Made by a program: the position numbers and the translations under genes. A model generated the notes under the pieces. It saw only the letters and a list, made by a program, of their open reading frames with translations, searched no databases and was not told the DNA's origin. Source: an uncultured Planctomycetaceae bacterium (lineage in GTDB: Bacteria; Planctomycetota; Planctomycetia; Isosphaerales; Isosphaeraceae). From it: 64,000 bases of DNA. This document shows, piece by piece, positions 41,311 through 53,284 of this stretch. Position 1 is the first letter of the stretch. Each line of letters opens with the position of its first letter. The stretch spans positions 2,720,001 to 2,784,000 of the forward strand of contig CAWIAD010000001.1 in the NCBI GenBank assembly GCA_963833985.1, given 5' to 3'.

Positions 41311-42258
41311 ATGAAAACGACTCCTGAGGTGATCATTGAAACGCGAAACCTCACCAAGGTTTATCGCGATTTCTGGGGACGGCCGAAGGTCCAGGCGCTG
41401 AAGGCGCTGGATCTTCAGGTTCACCGCGGGGAGATCTTCGGGCTGCTGGGGCCCAATGGTTCGGGCAAGACCACGACGATCAAGCTGCTGCTGGGACTGA
41501 TCTTCCCGACCGACGGCGAAGCCCTGATCTTCAACGAGCCCACCTCGAACGTCTCGAAGAATGAGCGGATTGGCTACCTCCCCGAAGAGTCGTACCTGTA
41601 CAAGTTCCTCAATGCCGAGGAAACGCTCCATTTCTACGGCCGTCTCTTCAAGATCTCCGCGAGCGAGCGGACGAAGCGTGTCGGCCAGCTCATCGACATG
41701 GTGGGCCTGACCGGGGCCAAGCATCGCCAGCTGCGCGAGTACTCCAAGGGCATGCAGCGGCGCATCGGCCTGGCCCAGGCGCTGATCAACAACCCGGAGC
41801 TGATCCTGCTGGACGAGCCGACCTCGGGGCTCGACCCGATCGGCACCGCCGAGATCAAGCACCTGATCCGGGATCTCCGCGAGCAGGGCAAGACGATCGT
41901 CCTCTCGGGTCACCTGCTCGCGGACATGCAAGACATCTGCGACCGGATTGCCATCCTGCATCGCGGGGAGCTCAAGGAGCTGGGTCGCGTGTCCGACTTG
42001 CTGACGGTGCAGGACGTCACCCAGATCAAAGCGCGGAACCTCTCGCCAGCGGCGCTTGACGAGATCAAGGAGGTCATCGCCCGCCACGGCGGCGAGGACA
42101 TGAGCGTCGATCATCCGACGACCACGCTGGAGGAACTGTTCCTGCGGATCGTCCGCGAGAGCGATCTGCATCCGGGCCGTCGCAAGGTTGCCGGCGACGA
42201 TTCCAAGCCCGCTCAGCTCACACCTGCTGAGCTTGCCGGCACGCGGTCGGAATCCTGA
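41311..42258 (+). CDS. ABC transporter ATP-binding protein (ABC-2 type)
   Basis: [29 protein letters not shown] and SGHLL. Confidence 0.95.
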   Translation: MKTTPEVIIETRNLTKVYRDFWGRPKVQALKALDLQVHRGEIFGLLGPNGSGKTTTIKLLLGLIFPTDGEALIFNEPTSNVSKNERIGYLPEESYLYKFLNAEETLHFYGRLFKISASERTKRVGQLIDMVGLTGAKHRQLREYSKGMQRRIGLAQALINNPELILLDEPTSGLDPIGTAEIKHLIRDLREQGKTIVLSGHLLADMQDICDRIAILHRGELKELGRVSDLLTVQDVTQIKARNLSPAALDEIKEVIARHGGEDMSVDHPTTTLEELFLRIVRESDLHPGRRKVAGDDSKPAQLTPAELAGTRSES

Positions 42259-42428
42259 ACAAACCGTCGCGAGCCGCACGCTGGCACGAGCACGGCTTCG
42301 CCCGCCGTCGCATGCCAGAGCACGGCGAGACGTCCGCCGCCGGACGCCAAGGCCGGCCCGAGAGCAGGCGCGGCAGCTTGAGAGACATCTTTTTCACTCG
42401 GACTTCGTTTCGGGGAGCCTCATCATCC

Positions 42429-44897
42429 ATGTCATCACTTCTCGCGTTGCCTCTTCTCTGGGCCCAGGCCGGCGCGGGCAATCCTGCGGTCGTCGAAGTT
42501 CCTAAATGGCTGCGCAACACCTTGCTCTGGCTTTTCCTGTACGGTGAGCCCGCCTACCAGACCGGCGGGCTGCTGGGCGGATGGCTCACCTGGATCAAGG
42601 CCATCAGCCTGCTCTGCTTCCTGTGCTGGATCGGCGTCTGGCTGATGAAGGCCATCAAGGAAGGCTTGCTGGCGCGGGGCCGGTGGTATGACATGGTCGC
42701 CCTGGCGGCCGCCTTCGTCATTCCCGCCTCGGTGCTGGTGCGGACGCTCGAGTCCACCAAGCAGCTCAAGGTCTACCAGGTTGGTTCCCTGCCGCTGGCC
42801 ATCCTGGGCATTTACATTGCCTTACTGGTGCTCGCCATCTGGGCGGAGATCGGACTGTGGCGGACGATCCGCCGGCTCGGCCGGACGGCCGACCTGATGG
42901 TGCTGGCCGGCATCCACCTGGCACTCGCGCTGGGGCTGTCCGTGGGCGTGCTCATGGAGCGCTACGGATTTCTGCAATCGCTCAACCCCGGCCAGAAGGT
43001 GGTGTGGAGCGATGGCCTGGTCTACGGCGCCCGCCTGAGCATGGTTTACATGGGCTACGTCATCCTGGCACGGATCCTCATCCTCTTGAGCGACGAGCTC
43101 TTTGCCGTGCGCGGCCGCCGTCTCCGCTCGATCGCCCAGCTTTCCATCTACGAGGCGAACCGGCGGATGTGGGCCCCGTGGGTGGTGCTGATCGCGTTCG
43201 GGCTGGTGCTGGCGTTCACGCACTGGTTCCTGCAACCGCCCCGGCCCGCCGAGATGGGGCGGCTTTTCGTGGCCACTCTCACGCTGCTCTGCTCGCTGCT
43301 TCTGACCGCCATGGTCACGTTCATGGTTCCGCTCAGCCTGCCGAACGATATCCAGCAGCAGACCATCTACACCGTCGTGTCCAAGCCGGTCCGCCGTCTC
43401 GAGCTGATCTGGGGCCGGATCATCGGCTTCATGACCCTGGTGACGGCGCTGGTGATCGTCTTTGGCGGCATCAGCCTGGCGTACCTCTGGCGCACCGTCG
43501 GCACCACCATCCGAAATACCGAGGAAGCGGCCGTACGGGCCAAGAAGGAAGGCCGCGTGCGCGATGCCGCGCAGCTCGTCGAGCAGGCCGACCAGCTTCG
43601 TTCGCGGATGGCGGCGCGGGTGCCGGTGAAGGGTTCGCTGTCGTTTCTGGACTCGCGCGGCACGCCCCATGCCATGGGCATCGACGTGGGCATGGAACAG
43701 TCCATGAAGGAGCCGCGCAGCCATATCGAGGGTTCAACCCCGGCGACGGCCATCTGGAGCTACGGCGTGGTGCCCGACCCGTTCGCGCCGGCCAACCACC
43801 CGGTGCTCATCGACCGCAGGCTCTCGGTGTCGGACTTCCTTCCCGACCGGACCATCGAGGGGCTGCTGAACCGCTCGATCGAGCTGCGGTTCCAGATTGC
43901 CGGGGATGAGCGGAGCAAGGCTCAGCCGAACCTGCCGGCCAGCGAGGTCGCGAGGCTGGACGCCAGCCTGAATCGCAACCGCGACCTGAGCAAGCAGATC
44001 GCCACCGAGTACGAGACCCTGCGCCGCCGGGCCGATGACCTGGAATCGCAGGCGGCCAACGCCGAGGCGGCGGGCGACGCCGGCGCCTCGAAGTCGCTGC
44101 ACGACCAGGCACGCGCCCTCCATGCCGACCCGGTCATCGTCGAGATGTCCTTCAACGTCTACCGCACCACCAAGGGGAAGGTGGGCGACCCGGTGCTGGC
44201 CGAGATGCAGGTGACCAACCCGCACACCGGGGCCGACTATGTGAACATCTTTCCGGTGAAGGAATATTATACGAACCGGCAGTTGCTCAAGCCCGAGTTG
44301 CTTGCCGGCTCGATGGGCGACCTGAAGGTCGAGATCCGCTGCATCAGCGCCACCCAGTACCTGGGCATGGCCGAGAGCGACCTCTACCTGCTTTCCAGCT
44401 CCGGCAACTTCGGAGCGAACTACATGAAGGGACTGCTGGGCATCTGGCTCCAGGCGCTGGTGCTCACCGCCATCGGCGTGTTCGCCGGCACCTTCCTGAG
44501 CTGGCCGGTCGCCCTCTTGACCACGGTCGCCTTCTTCTTCGCCGGACAGCTTGCCTATGGCTTCCTGGTTGATTTCACCCGCCAGGCCATCATGGGCGGT
44601 GGTCCGTTCGAGTCGCTCATCCGGCTGCTCACCCACGACAACCAGATGAGCGACCTGGCCCCCACGGCCGCGGCCGTCATCGCCAAGTCGCTGGACTCGA
44701 TGGTCATGCCGATCATGTCGATGCTCGTCTACATCGTGCCCAACTTCCAGGCCCTTGACGTCAGCAACACGGTGGCCGATGGGTTCGCCGTGAGCTGGCC
44801 GCGGATCATCGGCAGCACGCTCCTGGCCCTGGCCTACGCCTTGCCGTTCTCCATCGGCGGGTACTTCATCCTCAAGAACCGCGAGGTGGCCGCATGA
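42429..44897 (+). CDS. large ABC-2-type permease with an extra N-terminal TM domain and large extracytoplasmic domain
   Basis: SLPNDIQQQTIYTVVSKPVRRLELIWGRIIGF; C-terminal FILKNREVAA; many TM segments. Confidence 0.85.
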   Translation: MSSLLALPLLWAQAGAGNPAVVEVPKWLRNTLLWLFLYGEPAYQTGGLLGGWLTWIKAISLLCFLCWIGVWLMKAIKEGLLARGRWYDMVALAAAFVIPASVLVRTLESTKQLKVYQVGSLPLAILGIYIALLVLAIWAEIGLWRTIRRLGRTADLMVLAGIHLALALGLSVGVLMERYGFLQSLNPGQKVVWSDGLVYGARLSMVYMGYVILARILILLSDELFAVRGRRLRSIAQLSIYEANRRMWAPWVVLIAFGLVLAFTHWFLQPPRPAEMGRLFVATLTLLCSLLLTAMVTFMVPLSLPNDIQQQTIYTVVSKPVRRLELIWGRIIGFMTLVTALVIVFGGISLAYLWRTVGTTIRNTEEAAVRAKKEGRVRDAAQLVEQADQLRSRMAARVPVKGSLSFLDSRGTPHAMGIDVGMEQSMKEPRSHIEGSTPATAIWSYGVVPDPFAPANHPVLIDRRLSVSDFLPDRTIEGLLNRSIELRFQIAGDERSKAQPNLPASEVARLDASLNRNRDLSKQIATEYETLRRRADDLESQAANAEAAGDAGASKSLHDQARALHADPVIVEMSFNVYRTTKGKVGDPVLAEMQVTNPHTGADYVNIFPVKEYYTNRQLLKPELLAGSMGDLKVEIRCISATQYLGMAESDLYLLSSSGNFGANYMKGLLGIWLQALVLTAIGVFAGTFLSWPVALLTTVAFFFAGQLAYGFLVDFTRQAIMGGGPFESLIRLLTHDNQMSDLAPTAAAVIAKSLDSMVMPIMSMLVYIVPNFQALDVSNTVADGFAVSWPRIIGSTLLALAYALPFSIGGYFILKNREVAA

Positions 44898-46346
44898 GAA
44901 GCAACCAGAACAAGAAGATCGTCTACGGTCTGATCATCGTCCTCATCTTCGGCGGCATGTTCCCGTACACGTCCTGGCTGGCCCAGGAGAAGAAGCGCCG
45001 GGACCTGGGCGAGGCGGCGATCGGCCAGATCGACACCGGCAGCTTCGTGATGAAGCTCTTCCTGCTGGGCGGCTTCCGCGGCATCGTCGCCAACTACCTC
45101 TGGCTCCGTGCCGAGGAAAACAAGCGCGACCACGACTGGGACCGCCTCAAGTCCAACGTCGATCTGATCACCAAGCTCCAGCCTCACTTCCTGTCGATCT
45201 GGACGTTCCAGGGTTGGAACCTGGCGTATAACGTCGCCGTCGAGTGGGACGCTCCGGAAGACAAGTACGAGTGGATCAAGCAGGGCATCAAGTTCGTCCA
45301 GCGCGGGGTCGACAATAACCGCCGTTCCCCCGACCTCATCTGGGACACGGCCTGGTTCTATTATCACAAGCTGGGCTTCTCCGACGAATCGATCATCCTC
45401 CGCCGGCTCTTCCGCGACGACGAGGACGAGGACTTCAAGCGCTACCGCGACCCCGAAACCGAGTTGAGCGTGGTCAAGCACGACAACTTCCAGCTCGGTT
45501 ACGGCTGGTTCGCCCGGGCCATCGATCTGGCGGACTCCGGCGCCCGCCGCCAGAACGAGGGGACCACCGCGGACATCCAGCAGATCAACTACGTCGACCC
45601 GACCCCCCAGCGCAAGCGGGCCGACGACATCACTTTCCGCTCGATGCCCGCGCATGCCCAGACGCATTACGCGATCGCGCTGGAGAAGATGAGCATCATG
45701 GGCGTGGAACCGACGTTCGGCGAGGTGGCCATGAACGAGTGGGCACGCGCCCTCCGCGAATGGGTCAAGTTCGGCAGCTTCAAGTTCGAATCACCCAACG
45801 TCATCGAGCGGAACGGCAAGTTCGAGCACGACATCGTCCAGATTGACGATCGCACGAACGTCGAGAAGTACAATTCCGACCGGATGACCAAGAACGAGAA
45901 GTACTGGGCCGATCGCTGGGCCGACCAGCTCAACTACCGCTACTGGAAGGAACGCTGCATCGCCGAGGCCACCCGCAAGGCGACGACCGCCCGGCAGCTC
46001 TTCTACGAAGGCACCCGGGCCTACAAGACGGGTGATTTCGCCACGGCGGCCGCCAAGTTCAAGGAAGGCCTCCTCACCTGGAAAGACAACCTGAAAGACT
46101 TCCCGGTGTTTCGCGAGGATGACCTGAACAAGAAGGAGACCGGGTTGATCGTCAAGCGCTATCGAGCGCATCCTCATTCAGCAGGGCGAGAAGCTGCCGG
46201 ACGACCTGCCGTTCAAGGAACTGCTCCCCGCGGCCAAGGCTGACACCACGCTCGATCCGTTCGACGCCATGGAGATGCTGGGCGTCCCCGGCGCGGCGGG
46301 CGGAGGCGGAAGCGCCGCGGGAAGCGCACCGCCCGGCGGCCGCTAG
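44894..46346 (+). CDS. conserved planctomycete membrane-anchored helical (TPR-like) protein; frameshift near 46163
   Basis: LGGFRGIVANYLW, LQPHFLSIWTFQGWNLAYN and YEWIKQGI; the shifted frame continues ERILIQQGEKLPDDLPF to TAG at 46346. Confidence 0.8.
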
Positions 46347-46384
46347 GACGACACCAGGCCAGGCTGGCCTGGATTTTGCCCCTA

Positions 46385-46428
46385 CGAGCGGCCCGGGCCT
46401 CTCTTTTTTCGAGAGCCCGGGCCGCTCG
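46385..46428. terminator. GC-rich hairpin, probable terminator
   Basis: CGAGCGGCCCGGGC...GCCCGGGCCGCTCG just after the stop codon. Confidence 0.5.
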
Positions 46429-46496
46429 CATCGCGAACGGGCCCTGCCATGCTGGCCAGCAGCCAGCCGTCGTTCCTTTCCAGTCCGGAGGTGCTC

Positions 46497-46804
46497 ATGC
46501 TCATCATGCACGTCCAGATCCAGGTGAAGCCAGAACACGCCGAGGCCTTCAAGGCGGCCAGCGCGGAGAACTCGCGCAACAGCCTGCTCGAGCCGGGCAT
46601 CGCCCGCTTCGACGTGTTGCAGCAGGTTGATGACCCCACGCGCTTTCTGCTCGTCGAGATCTACCGCACGCCCGAGGCGCCCGCCGCGCACAAGCAGACG
46701 GCGCACTACCAGAAATGGGCGGAGACGGTGGCCGATATGATGGCCGCGCCGCGACTCCAGCGTGAAGTTCAGCAAGCTCTACCCCGAAAACGGCGCGCGC
46801 ATGA
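46497..46804 (+). CDS. ABM-domain protein (putative quinol monooxygenase, LsrG-like); frameshift near 46754, 3' end uncertain
   Basis: [37 protein letters not shown] and [10 protein letters not shown]. Confidence 0.85.
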
Positions 46805-47955
46805 TGTTCGAATTCGCCACCGCCGGGCGCATCCTCTTCGGGCCAGGGCGCATCCAGCAGCTTCCCGGCCTGGCACAGGGGCTCGGTCGCACCGCGCTGC
46901 TGGTACTGGGGAAGAGCCACCGCCATGGCGAGCCAGTGACCGCGGCGCTCGCCGGCTGCGGCCTGCGCTCGGTCGTCTTCAGCGTCGAGCACGAGCCGAC
47001 GATTCACCTTGTCGACGAGGCCGCGACGCTGGCCCGCGACTCGGGCTGCGATCTGGTGATTGCCGTCGGCGGCGGCAGTGTCATCGATGCCGGCAAGGCG
47101 ATCTCGGCCATGCTCACGCATCCCGGCGCCGTGCTTGATTACCTTGAACTGGTGGGCGGAGGCCGGCCGCTGGACCGTCCCGCGGCGCCCTGCCTGGCCG
47201 TACCGACGACAGCCGGCACGGGCGCCGAGGTGACCCGCAATGCCGTGCTCGGCGTGCCCGAGCACCGGGTGAAGGCCAGCCTGCGCAGCCCTTTCCTGCT
47301 GCCGCGCGTGGCCCTCATCGATCCCGAGCTGACCATCCCGCTGCCGCCGGCCGTCACCGCTTACACCGGCATGGACGCGCTCACGCAGCTTATCGAACCG
47401 TTTGTGAGCAGCGCGGCCAACCCGCTCACCGACGGCGTCTGCCGCGAGGGCATGGCGCTCGCCGCACGGTCCCTGCGCAGGGCCTACCAGGACGGTTCGG
47501 ACCTGTCTTCCCGGAATGACATGGCGCTCGCCGCCCTTTTTGGCGGCCTGGCCCTGGCCAATGCCAGGCTGGGCGCCGTGCACGGCCTGGCAGGCGTGCT
47601 CGGCGGCGTCACCGGCCACCCCCACGGCGCCATCTGCGCCCGGCTCTTACCCTTTGTAATGGAGGCGAACATCCAGGCCCTGGAGGCGGATCGCCCCGGA
47701 ACTCCGGTCTTGCCGCGCTACGCCGAGGCGGCCCGCATCCTTACCGGGAATCCTTCCGCGCGGCCCGCCGACGCCGTGGCCTGGGTTTGCGACCTCTGCG
47801 CCGCACTGGAGATTCCGCCCCTGCGTGCCGGCGGCCTTGCACCGGCCGATGGCCCGCACATCATCCCCATCGCCCAGCGCGCCAGCAGCATGCAGGGCAA
47901 CCCGGTGAAGCTCAGCGACGATGAGCTGGCTGCGATCCTCGAAGCGGCGATCTGA
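46801..47955 (+). CDS. iron-containing alcohol dehydrogenase
   Basis: [48 protein letters not shown] and HGAICA. Confidence 0.93.
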   Translation: MMFEFATAGRILFGPGRIQQLPGLAQGLGRTALLVLGKSHRHGEPVTAALAGCGLRSVVFSVEHEPTIHLVDEAATLARDSGCDLVIAVGGGSVIDAGKAISAMLTHPGAVLDYLELVGGGRPLDRPAAPCLAVPTTAGTGAEVTRNAVLGVPEHRVKASLRSPFLLPRVALIDPELTIPLPPAVTAYTGMDALTQLIEPFVSSAANPLTDGVCREGMALAARSLRRAYQDGSDLSSRNDMALAALFGGLALANARLGAVHGLAGVLGGVTGHPHGAICARLLPFVMEANIQALEADRPGTPVLPRYAEAARILTGNPSARPADAVAWVCDLCAALEIPPLRAGGLAPADGPHIIPIAQRASSMQGNPVKLSDDELAAILEAAI

Positions 47956-48204
47956 TCGCAGCGTGCGTCCCCCCGGCCTTTGCCGTCTCGGTGCGGGAGC
48001 GGAGCCGGGCCGCCAGGCGAGGGCGGCCAGGGGAGCGTCAACCGGACGGCATCGTGGCAATGGCAACCTGCATCCATGGCCGATGCTGCTTGCCATGCTA
48101 TGCGGGGATCGGGGGCGTGCTCGCCGCCCTCTTGCTGACTACAATATTGCAGCGGGTTTGCGCGAGGACGTCTCGTGCCACCCAGGACCGCATGAGGAGC
48201 TTCC

Positions 48205-49053
48205 ATGGCATCGGGCGAGACAGCAACCATCCGCGTCGGGCACAGTCCGGATTCCGACGACGCGTTCATGTTCTATGCACTCACGCACGACAAGCTGGAC
48301 ACCGGCGGCTTGAAGTTCGTGCACCAGCTTCAGGACATCGAGACGTTGAACCAGCGCGCGATGAGGTCCGAGCTGGAGGTTTCGGCGGTGAGCATCCACG
48401 CCTTCGCCCACCTCGCCGACCGCTACGCCCTGCTGGCCTCCGGCGCCAGCATGGGCGACCGCTACGGACCCACGCTCGTGACGCGCGAGTTGCTGACGCT
48501 GGACGCGCTCAAGGATCAAACCATCGCCGTGCCGGGCAAGTTGACGTCGGCCTACCTGGCGCTTCAGCTCCGCATGGGCAGCAATGTGCCGGTCACGGTC
48601 ATGCCGTTCGACCAGATCTTGCCGGCGGTCGCGGAGGGTAAGGTCAAGGCGGGACTGCTGATCCACGAAGGGCAGCTTTATTACGGAGATCGCGGGCTGC
48701 ACCAGGTGCTCGACCTGGGCCAGTGGTGGTACGAGCAGACCGGACTACCCCTGCCGCTGGGCGGCAACGTGGTTCGCAGGGACCTGGGCGAACCGCTCAT
48801 CCTGAAAATTGCCGGGCTCCTGAAGCAGAGCATCCAGTATGCGCTCGACCATCGCGCGGAGGCTCTCGATTACGCGCTGGGGTTTGCGCGCGACCTCGAC
48901 CCCAAGCTCGCCGACCGGTTCGTGGGAATGTATGTCAACCACTGGACCGTCGATTACGGAACACGGGGTCGAGAGGCCGTTCGCACGTTTCTCGGCCGGG
49001 CGGCGGAAGCGGGTTTAGTCCCGGGACCGATTGACTTACAATTTGTCGGATGA
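48205..49053 (+). CDS. mqnD: 1,4-dihydroxy-6-naphthoate synthase (futalosine menaquinone pathway)
   Basis: [36 protein letters not shown] and MYVN. Confidence 0.88.
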   Translation: MASGETATIRVGHSPDSDDAFMFYALTHDKLDTGGLKFVHQLQDIETLNQRAMRSELEVSAVSIHAFAHLADRYALLASGASMGDRYGPTLVTRELLTLDALKDQTIAVPGKLTSAYLALQLRMGSNVPVTVMPFDQILPAVAEGKVKAGLLIHEGQLYYGDRGLHQVLDLGQWWYEQTGLPLPLGGNVVRRDLGEPLILKIAGLLKQSIQYALDHRAEALDYALGFARDLDPKLADRFVGMYVNHWTVDYGTRGREAVRTFLGRAAEAGLVPGPIDLQFVG

Positions 49054-49187
49054 TCCCGAGCCAGGCCGAGGCACGCCTTGCTGGGCCAACTGGCCGGAGC
49101 GTGCCGCTCGAGGCTCGCACTCATGTGGGGGTTGAGCCAGCCTGGATCGGCCCTTTCCCCCCGATCGCATGCTCGAAGGGACGAGCC

Positions 49188-51905
49188 ATGACCCAGTCGT
49201 TCGGCGCGCTGGCGCCCCTGTCCGTTGGCGAGAACAGCCACCAGTACTACCGGCTCGACGCCCTCAGGACGCACGGGCTCGACCCGGCGCGCCTCCCTTT
49301 CTCACTGAAGGTGCTGCTTGAGAACTTGCTCCGCTTCGAGGATGGATCGACCGTGACCGCCGACGATGTGCGCGCGCTGGCCGCCTGGGATCCGCATGCC
49401 GAGCCCGACCGGGAGATCGCGTTCCGTCCCAGCCGCGTGCTGCTTCAGGACTTCACGGGCGTGCCGGCGGTGGTCGACCTGGCCGCGATGCGCGACGCCA
49501 TGCGGCAGATGGGCGGAGACCCCAGGAGAATCAACCCGTTGCAGCCGGTCGAGCTGGTCATCGACCATTCGGTGCAGGTCGATGAAGCGGGAACTTCCAG
49601 GGCCTTCGCCATCAATGCGGATCTCGAGTTCCGCCGGAACCGCGAACGCTACGGATTCTTGCGCTGGGGCCAGAACGCTTTCGAGAGTTTCAAGGTCGTT
49701 CCGCCTGACACCGGCATCGTCCACCAGGTGAACCTGGAATACCTGGCACGCGTGGTTTTCACCGCCCCGGCCAGTGCGGGCAAGGCCTCCCTGGTCTATC
49801 CCGATACGCTGCTGGGCACCGATTCGCACACCACGATGATCAACGGGCTCGGGGTCCTGGGCTGGGGGGTGGGCGGCATCGAGGCGGAGGCAGCCATGCT
49901 GGGCCAGCCGGTTTCCATGCTGGTTCCGCAGGTGGTCGGCTTCAAGCTCACCGGTTCGCTGCCGGAGGGCGCCACGGCCACCGACCTGGTCCTGACCGTC
50001 ACCCAGATGCTGCGCAAGAAGGGAGTCGTGGGCAAGTTTGTGGAATACTACGGCGACGGCCTGTCAGGCTTGCCGCTGGCGGACCGGGCCACGATTGCCA
50101 ACATGGCGCCGGAGTATGGCGCGACCTGCGGCATCTTCCCGATCGACGCCGAGACCCTCCGGTATCTCGAGCTTTCCGGCCGGCCGCAGTCCAGTATTCG
50201 CCTGGTCGAGGCGTATTACCGGGCCCAGGGAATGTTCCACGAGCCGGGAGTGCCGGAGGCCGCGTATTCCGAGACGCTGGAGCTCGATCTCTCCACCGTG
50301 GCGCCCAGCCTGGCGGGCCCGCGCCGGCCACAGGACCGCGTCACGCTGTTCGATGCCCGGGCGTCGTTTCACAAGGCGCTCCAGGAGATGCTGGCCACAC
50401 GGCCGGAGCAGACCCGCAAGGCTGCACCAGCCCGGCGGGAAAGCCCGGGCAATGTGCACGCCGAAGACGAGCTGGCACATGGATCGGTCGTGATCGCCGC
50501 CATCACGAGCTGCACCAACACGTCCAATCCGTCGGTCATGTTGGCCGCCGGGCTGCTGGCGAAGAAGGCCGTCGAGCGCGGGCTGACCACGCGGCCCTGG
50601 GTCAAGGCCAGCCTGGCGCCGGGCTCCAAGGTGGTGACCGATTACCTGCGGCAGGCCGGGCTCGACACGTATCTCGACGCCCTGAAGTTCAACCTCGTGG
50701 GTTACGGCTGCACCACCTGCATCGGCAACTCGGGCCCGCTGCCCGAGCCGATCTCCCGGACCATTCAGGACAACGACCTGGTCGCCGTGGCCGTGCTCAG
50801 CGGCAACCGCAACTTCGAGGGCCGGATCAACGCCGACGTGCGGGCCAATTACCTGGCTTCGCCTCCGCTCGTGGTCGCGTACGCGCTGGCCGGCACGATG
50901 GACATCGACATGGCCTCCGAGCCGCTGGGCACCGGGCGCGACGGCGAACCGGTCTTCCTCAGGGACATCTGGCCCAGCCAGCGCGAGATCCAGGATGCGA
51001 TCATGAGCTCCGTCCAGACCGAGATGTTTCACAGGCAGTACGGCCAGGTCTACGAGGGAGACGAGCACTGGAGATCGCTGCCGGCGCCGGAGGGCGACCT
51101 GTACCAGTGGGACGACGCCTCAACGTATGTCAAGAACCCGCCTTACTTCGTGGACATGCCCGCGCAGCCGGCACCCCTGGCCCCGATTCGCGGGGCCCGG
51201 GTCCTGGCCGTTCTGGGAGATAGCATCACCACCGACCACATCTCGCCGGCCGGCTCCATCAGGGCGGACAGCCCGGCCGGCCGTTACTTGATTGCCCATG
51301 GCGTGCCGCTCGCCGAGTTCAACTCGTACGGGTCGCGGCGCGGCAATCACGAGGTGATGGTGCGGGGCACCTTCGCCAATCTCCGGCTCCGCAACCGGCT
51401 GGCACCCGGAACCGAGGGGGGCTGGACACGGCACCTTCCCGACGGTGCCGTGATGTCCATCTTCGACGCCTCCGAGGCCTACCAGAAGCAGGGCATCCCG
51501 CTCCTGATCCTGGCGGGAAAGGAGTATGGGTCGGGCTCCTCGCGCGACTGGGCGGCCAAGGGACCGAAGCTGCTGGGAATCCAGGCCGTGATCGCCGAGA
51601 GCTACGAGCGCATTCATCGTTCCAATCTCGTCGGCATGGGGGTCCTGCCGTTGCAGTTCGAGCCGGGACAGAGCGTCGAGAGCCTGGGGCTCAGCGGCGA
51701 GGAAGTCTACGCGGTCGAGGCGCCTGAGGAAGGACTGGCCCGCCGGCTGGCCGCAACCCGCCGCCTGGCTGTCACGGCCGAGGCCGCCAACGGATGGAGG
51801 CTCGAATTCTCTGCCGTGATCCGGATCGACACGCCCCAGGAAGTGCTCTACTTCCAGAATGGGGGAATCTTGCCTTACGTTCTGAGGCAGTTGCTGCGAT
51901 CGTAG
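49188..51905 (+). CDS. acnA: aconitate hydratase A
   Basis: [57 protein letters not shown] and [10 protein letters not shown]. Confidence 0.98.
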   Translation: MTQSFGALAPLSVGENSHQYYRLDALRTHGLDPARLPFSLKVLLENLLRFEDGSTVTADDVRALAAWDPHAEPDREIAFRPSRVLLQDFTGVPAVVDLAAMRDAMRQMGGDPRRINPLQPVELVIDHSVQVDEAGTSRAFAINADLEFRRNRERYGFLRWGQNAFESFKVVPPDTGIVHQVNLEYLARVVFTAPASAGKASLVYPDTLLGTDSHTTMINGLGVLGWGVGGIEAEAAMLGQPVSMLVPQVVGFKLTGSLPEGATATDLVLTVTQMLRKKGVVGKFVEYYGDGLSGLPLADRATIANMAPEYGATCGIFPIDAETLRYLELSGRPQSSIRLVEAYYRAQGMFHEPGVPEAAYSETLELDLSTVAPSLAGPRRPQDRVTLFDARASFHKALQEMLATRPEQTRKAAPARRESPGNVHAEDELAHGSVVIAAITSCTNTSNPSVMLAAGLLAKKAVERGLTTRPWVKASLAPGSKVVTDYLRQAGLDTYLDALKFNLVGYGCTTCIGNSGPLPEPISRTIQDNDLVAVAVLSGNRNFEGRINADVRANYLASPPLVVAYALAGTMDIDMASEPLGTGRDGEPVFLRDIWPSQREIQDAIMSSVQTEMFHRQYGQVYEGDEHWRSLPAPEGDLYQWDDASTYVKNPPYFVDMPAQPAPLAPIRGARVLAVLGDSITTDHISPAGSIRADSPAGRYLIAHGVPLAEFNSYGSRRGNHEVMVRGTFANLRLRNRLAPGTEGGWTRHLPDGAVMSIFDASEAYQKQGIPLLILAGKEYGSGSSRDWAAKGPKLLGIQAVIAESYERIHRSNLVGMGVLPLQFEPGQSVESLGLSGEEVYAVEAPEEGLARRLAATRRLAVTAEAANGWRLEFSAVIRIDTPQEVLYFQNGGILPYVLRQLLRS

Positions 51906-51928
51906 CAAAACCGCCATCCCCGCGGACT

Positions 51929-51948
51929 CCGGCACGAATGTTGCCTTA
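51929..51948 (+). promoter_or_regulatory. sigma54 (-24/-12) promoter
   Basis: CCGGCACGAATGTTGCCTTA; GG-N10-GC spacing matching TGGCACG-N4-TTGC. Confidence 0.75.
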
Positions 51949-52007
51949 GTGAAGCACTGGCGCGTGACGATGCGTTTCAACCGAAGCCTGGCGACAAGGA
52001 GACATTC

Positions 52008-52547
52008 ATGCCGACTCGAAAAACGCCCTTTGAGCGGGCGATGGCACTGGCGGCTCTGAGCGGATTCAAGATTGCCCTCGGACCGGCCTTTCTGGCTGCT
52101 TCCCGGCGCAGCTCGAACACGGGCCCGTGGGCACTGGCGGCCCTGAGCGAGATGTTCCTCGACAAGATCGGGATCTTTCCTCCCCGCTTCCGGCCGGCTC
52201 TGCTGATCCCGCACGCGATCTCGGGCGCCTGGGTGGCCCGCGAAAGCTTGCGCGATGAAGGCGTCGACGATCCCACGGCTCCGATCATCGGTGCCGTGGT
52301 CGCGGCGGGCGTTTCGTGTGTCGCGCCGCTGACGCGGATTGCGCTGCACAGGGGACTGGGTATCTCCGACACGCTGCTCGGCGTGGGCGAGGATTACCTG
52401 GCCCTGCGGCTCGGAACCGAGGCCACCGAGGTCTCCATGAACCAGGTCGGAGAGATCGCCCGCGACGCCATTGATGATCTGCGAGGCAAGGTCGAGCCTG
52501 CGCTTTCCTCATTGCCGAACATCCCGTCGATGGCGGAGCGCAGATAA
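52008..52547 (+). CDS. hypothetical membrane-associated protein (DUF4126-like)
   Basis: AGGAG RBS; LAALSEMFLDK and VGEDYLAL motifs. Confidence 0.7.
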   Translation: MPTRKTPFERAMALAALSGFKIALGPAFLAASRRSSNTGPWALAALSEMFLDKIGIFPPRFRPALLIPHAISGAWVARESLRDEGVDDPTAPIIGAVVAAGVSCVAPLTRIALHRGLGISDTLLGVGEDYLALRLGTEATEVSMNQVGEIARDAIDDLRGKVEPALSSLPNIPSMAERR

Positions 52548-52721
52548 GGAGGGTTGGCCGCGGTCATTCCGTAGCCCGGCACGAAACAGCCAGGATTCGA
52601 GATGCGCGCGAGCATCCTCTTTCCCATGGCTGCGCACGAGTATCTGGGGAGTCACCCCTTCTTTCAACCAACCGTGGCGATGTCGATGTCTGCACGCGTT
52701 GTCTTTTCAGAACACGTGACA

Positions 52722-52741
52722 CCGGCATGAATGTTGCCTTA
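52722..52741 (+). promoter_or_regulatory. sigma54 (-24/-12) promoter
   Basis: CCGGCATGAATGTTGCCTTA, 19/20 identical to the site at 51929. Confidence 0.75.
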
Positions 52742-52821
52742 AGATCGGTTCCAGCGGCGGTCGGTCGTGGGCCTCTGGCGAGGTCGCGGGCTGCCGGGTA
52801 CCAGCAGGACAAAGGAAGACC

Positions 52822-53034
52822 ATGAAGAAGCTCATGACTGGACTGGCGGCCTCTGGCCTCTTGACCCTGGCGTTGGGAGTCGTCGGCTGCAGCGATAAGT
52901 CGACAACCACCGACAAGAAAGAGGTCAGCGGCCCCGGAGGCACGACGACCATCACCGACAAGAAGGAAGTGAAGCAGTCCGGCGACAATCCGCCGCCGGC
53001 CGGCACGACGAACCCCGCACCGCCCAAGCAATAA
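52822..53034 (+). CDS. small lipoprotein, 70 aa
   Basis: MKK plus hydrophobic stretch plus VVGC lipobox; internal TDKKEV repeat x2. Confidence 0.85.
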   Translation: MKKLMTGLAASGLLTLALGVVGCSDKSTTTDKKEVSGPGGTTTITDKKEVKQSGDNPPPAGTTNPAPPKQ

Positions 53035-53064
53035 GTGCACTCAGGGATCCTTCGAGATTCACGG

Positions 53065-53108
53065 CGCCCGCGCCGGCATATCAGATTGCCGGCGCGGGCG
53101 TTTCTGTT
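53065..53108 (+). terminator. intrinsic terminator
   Basis: CGCCCGCGCCGGCA-N8-TGCCGGCGCGGGCG followed by TTTCTGTT. Confidence 0.75.
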
Positions 53109-53284
53109 CCGGCGCGACCCGGCAACTCCCTCGCCGCGCCGGGACGCGGCCGTTGCGCCGCATGGGCCCGATCCGATCAGCCGGTGAGGCCCGAAACCCA
53201 CTTTACAAGCGGGGAAGGGCAGAGAAGAATGATGGTTTACTTGCCAGCGGGTGCATCTGCCCTGGGGGGCGGGAGAGACGGGCC

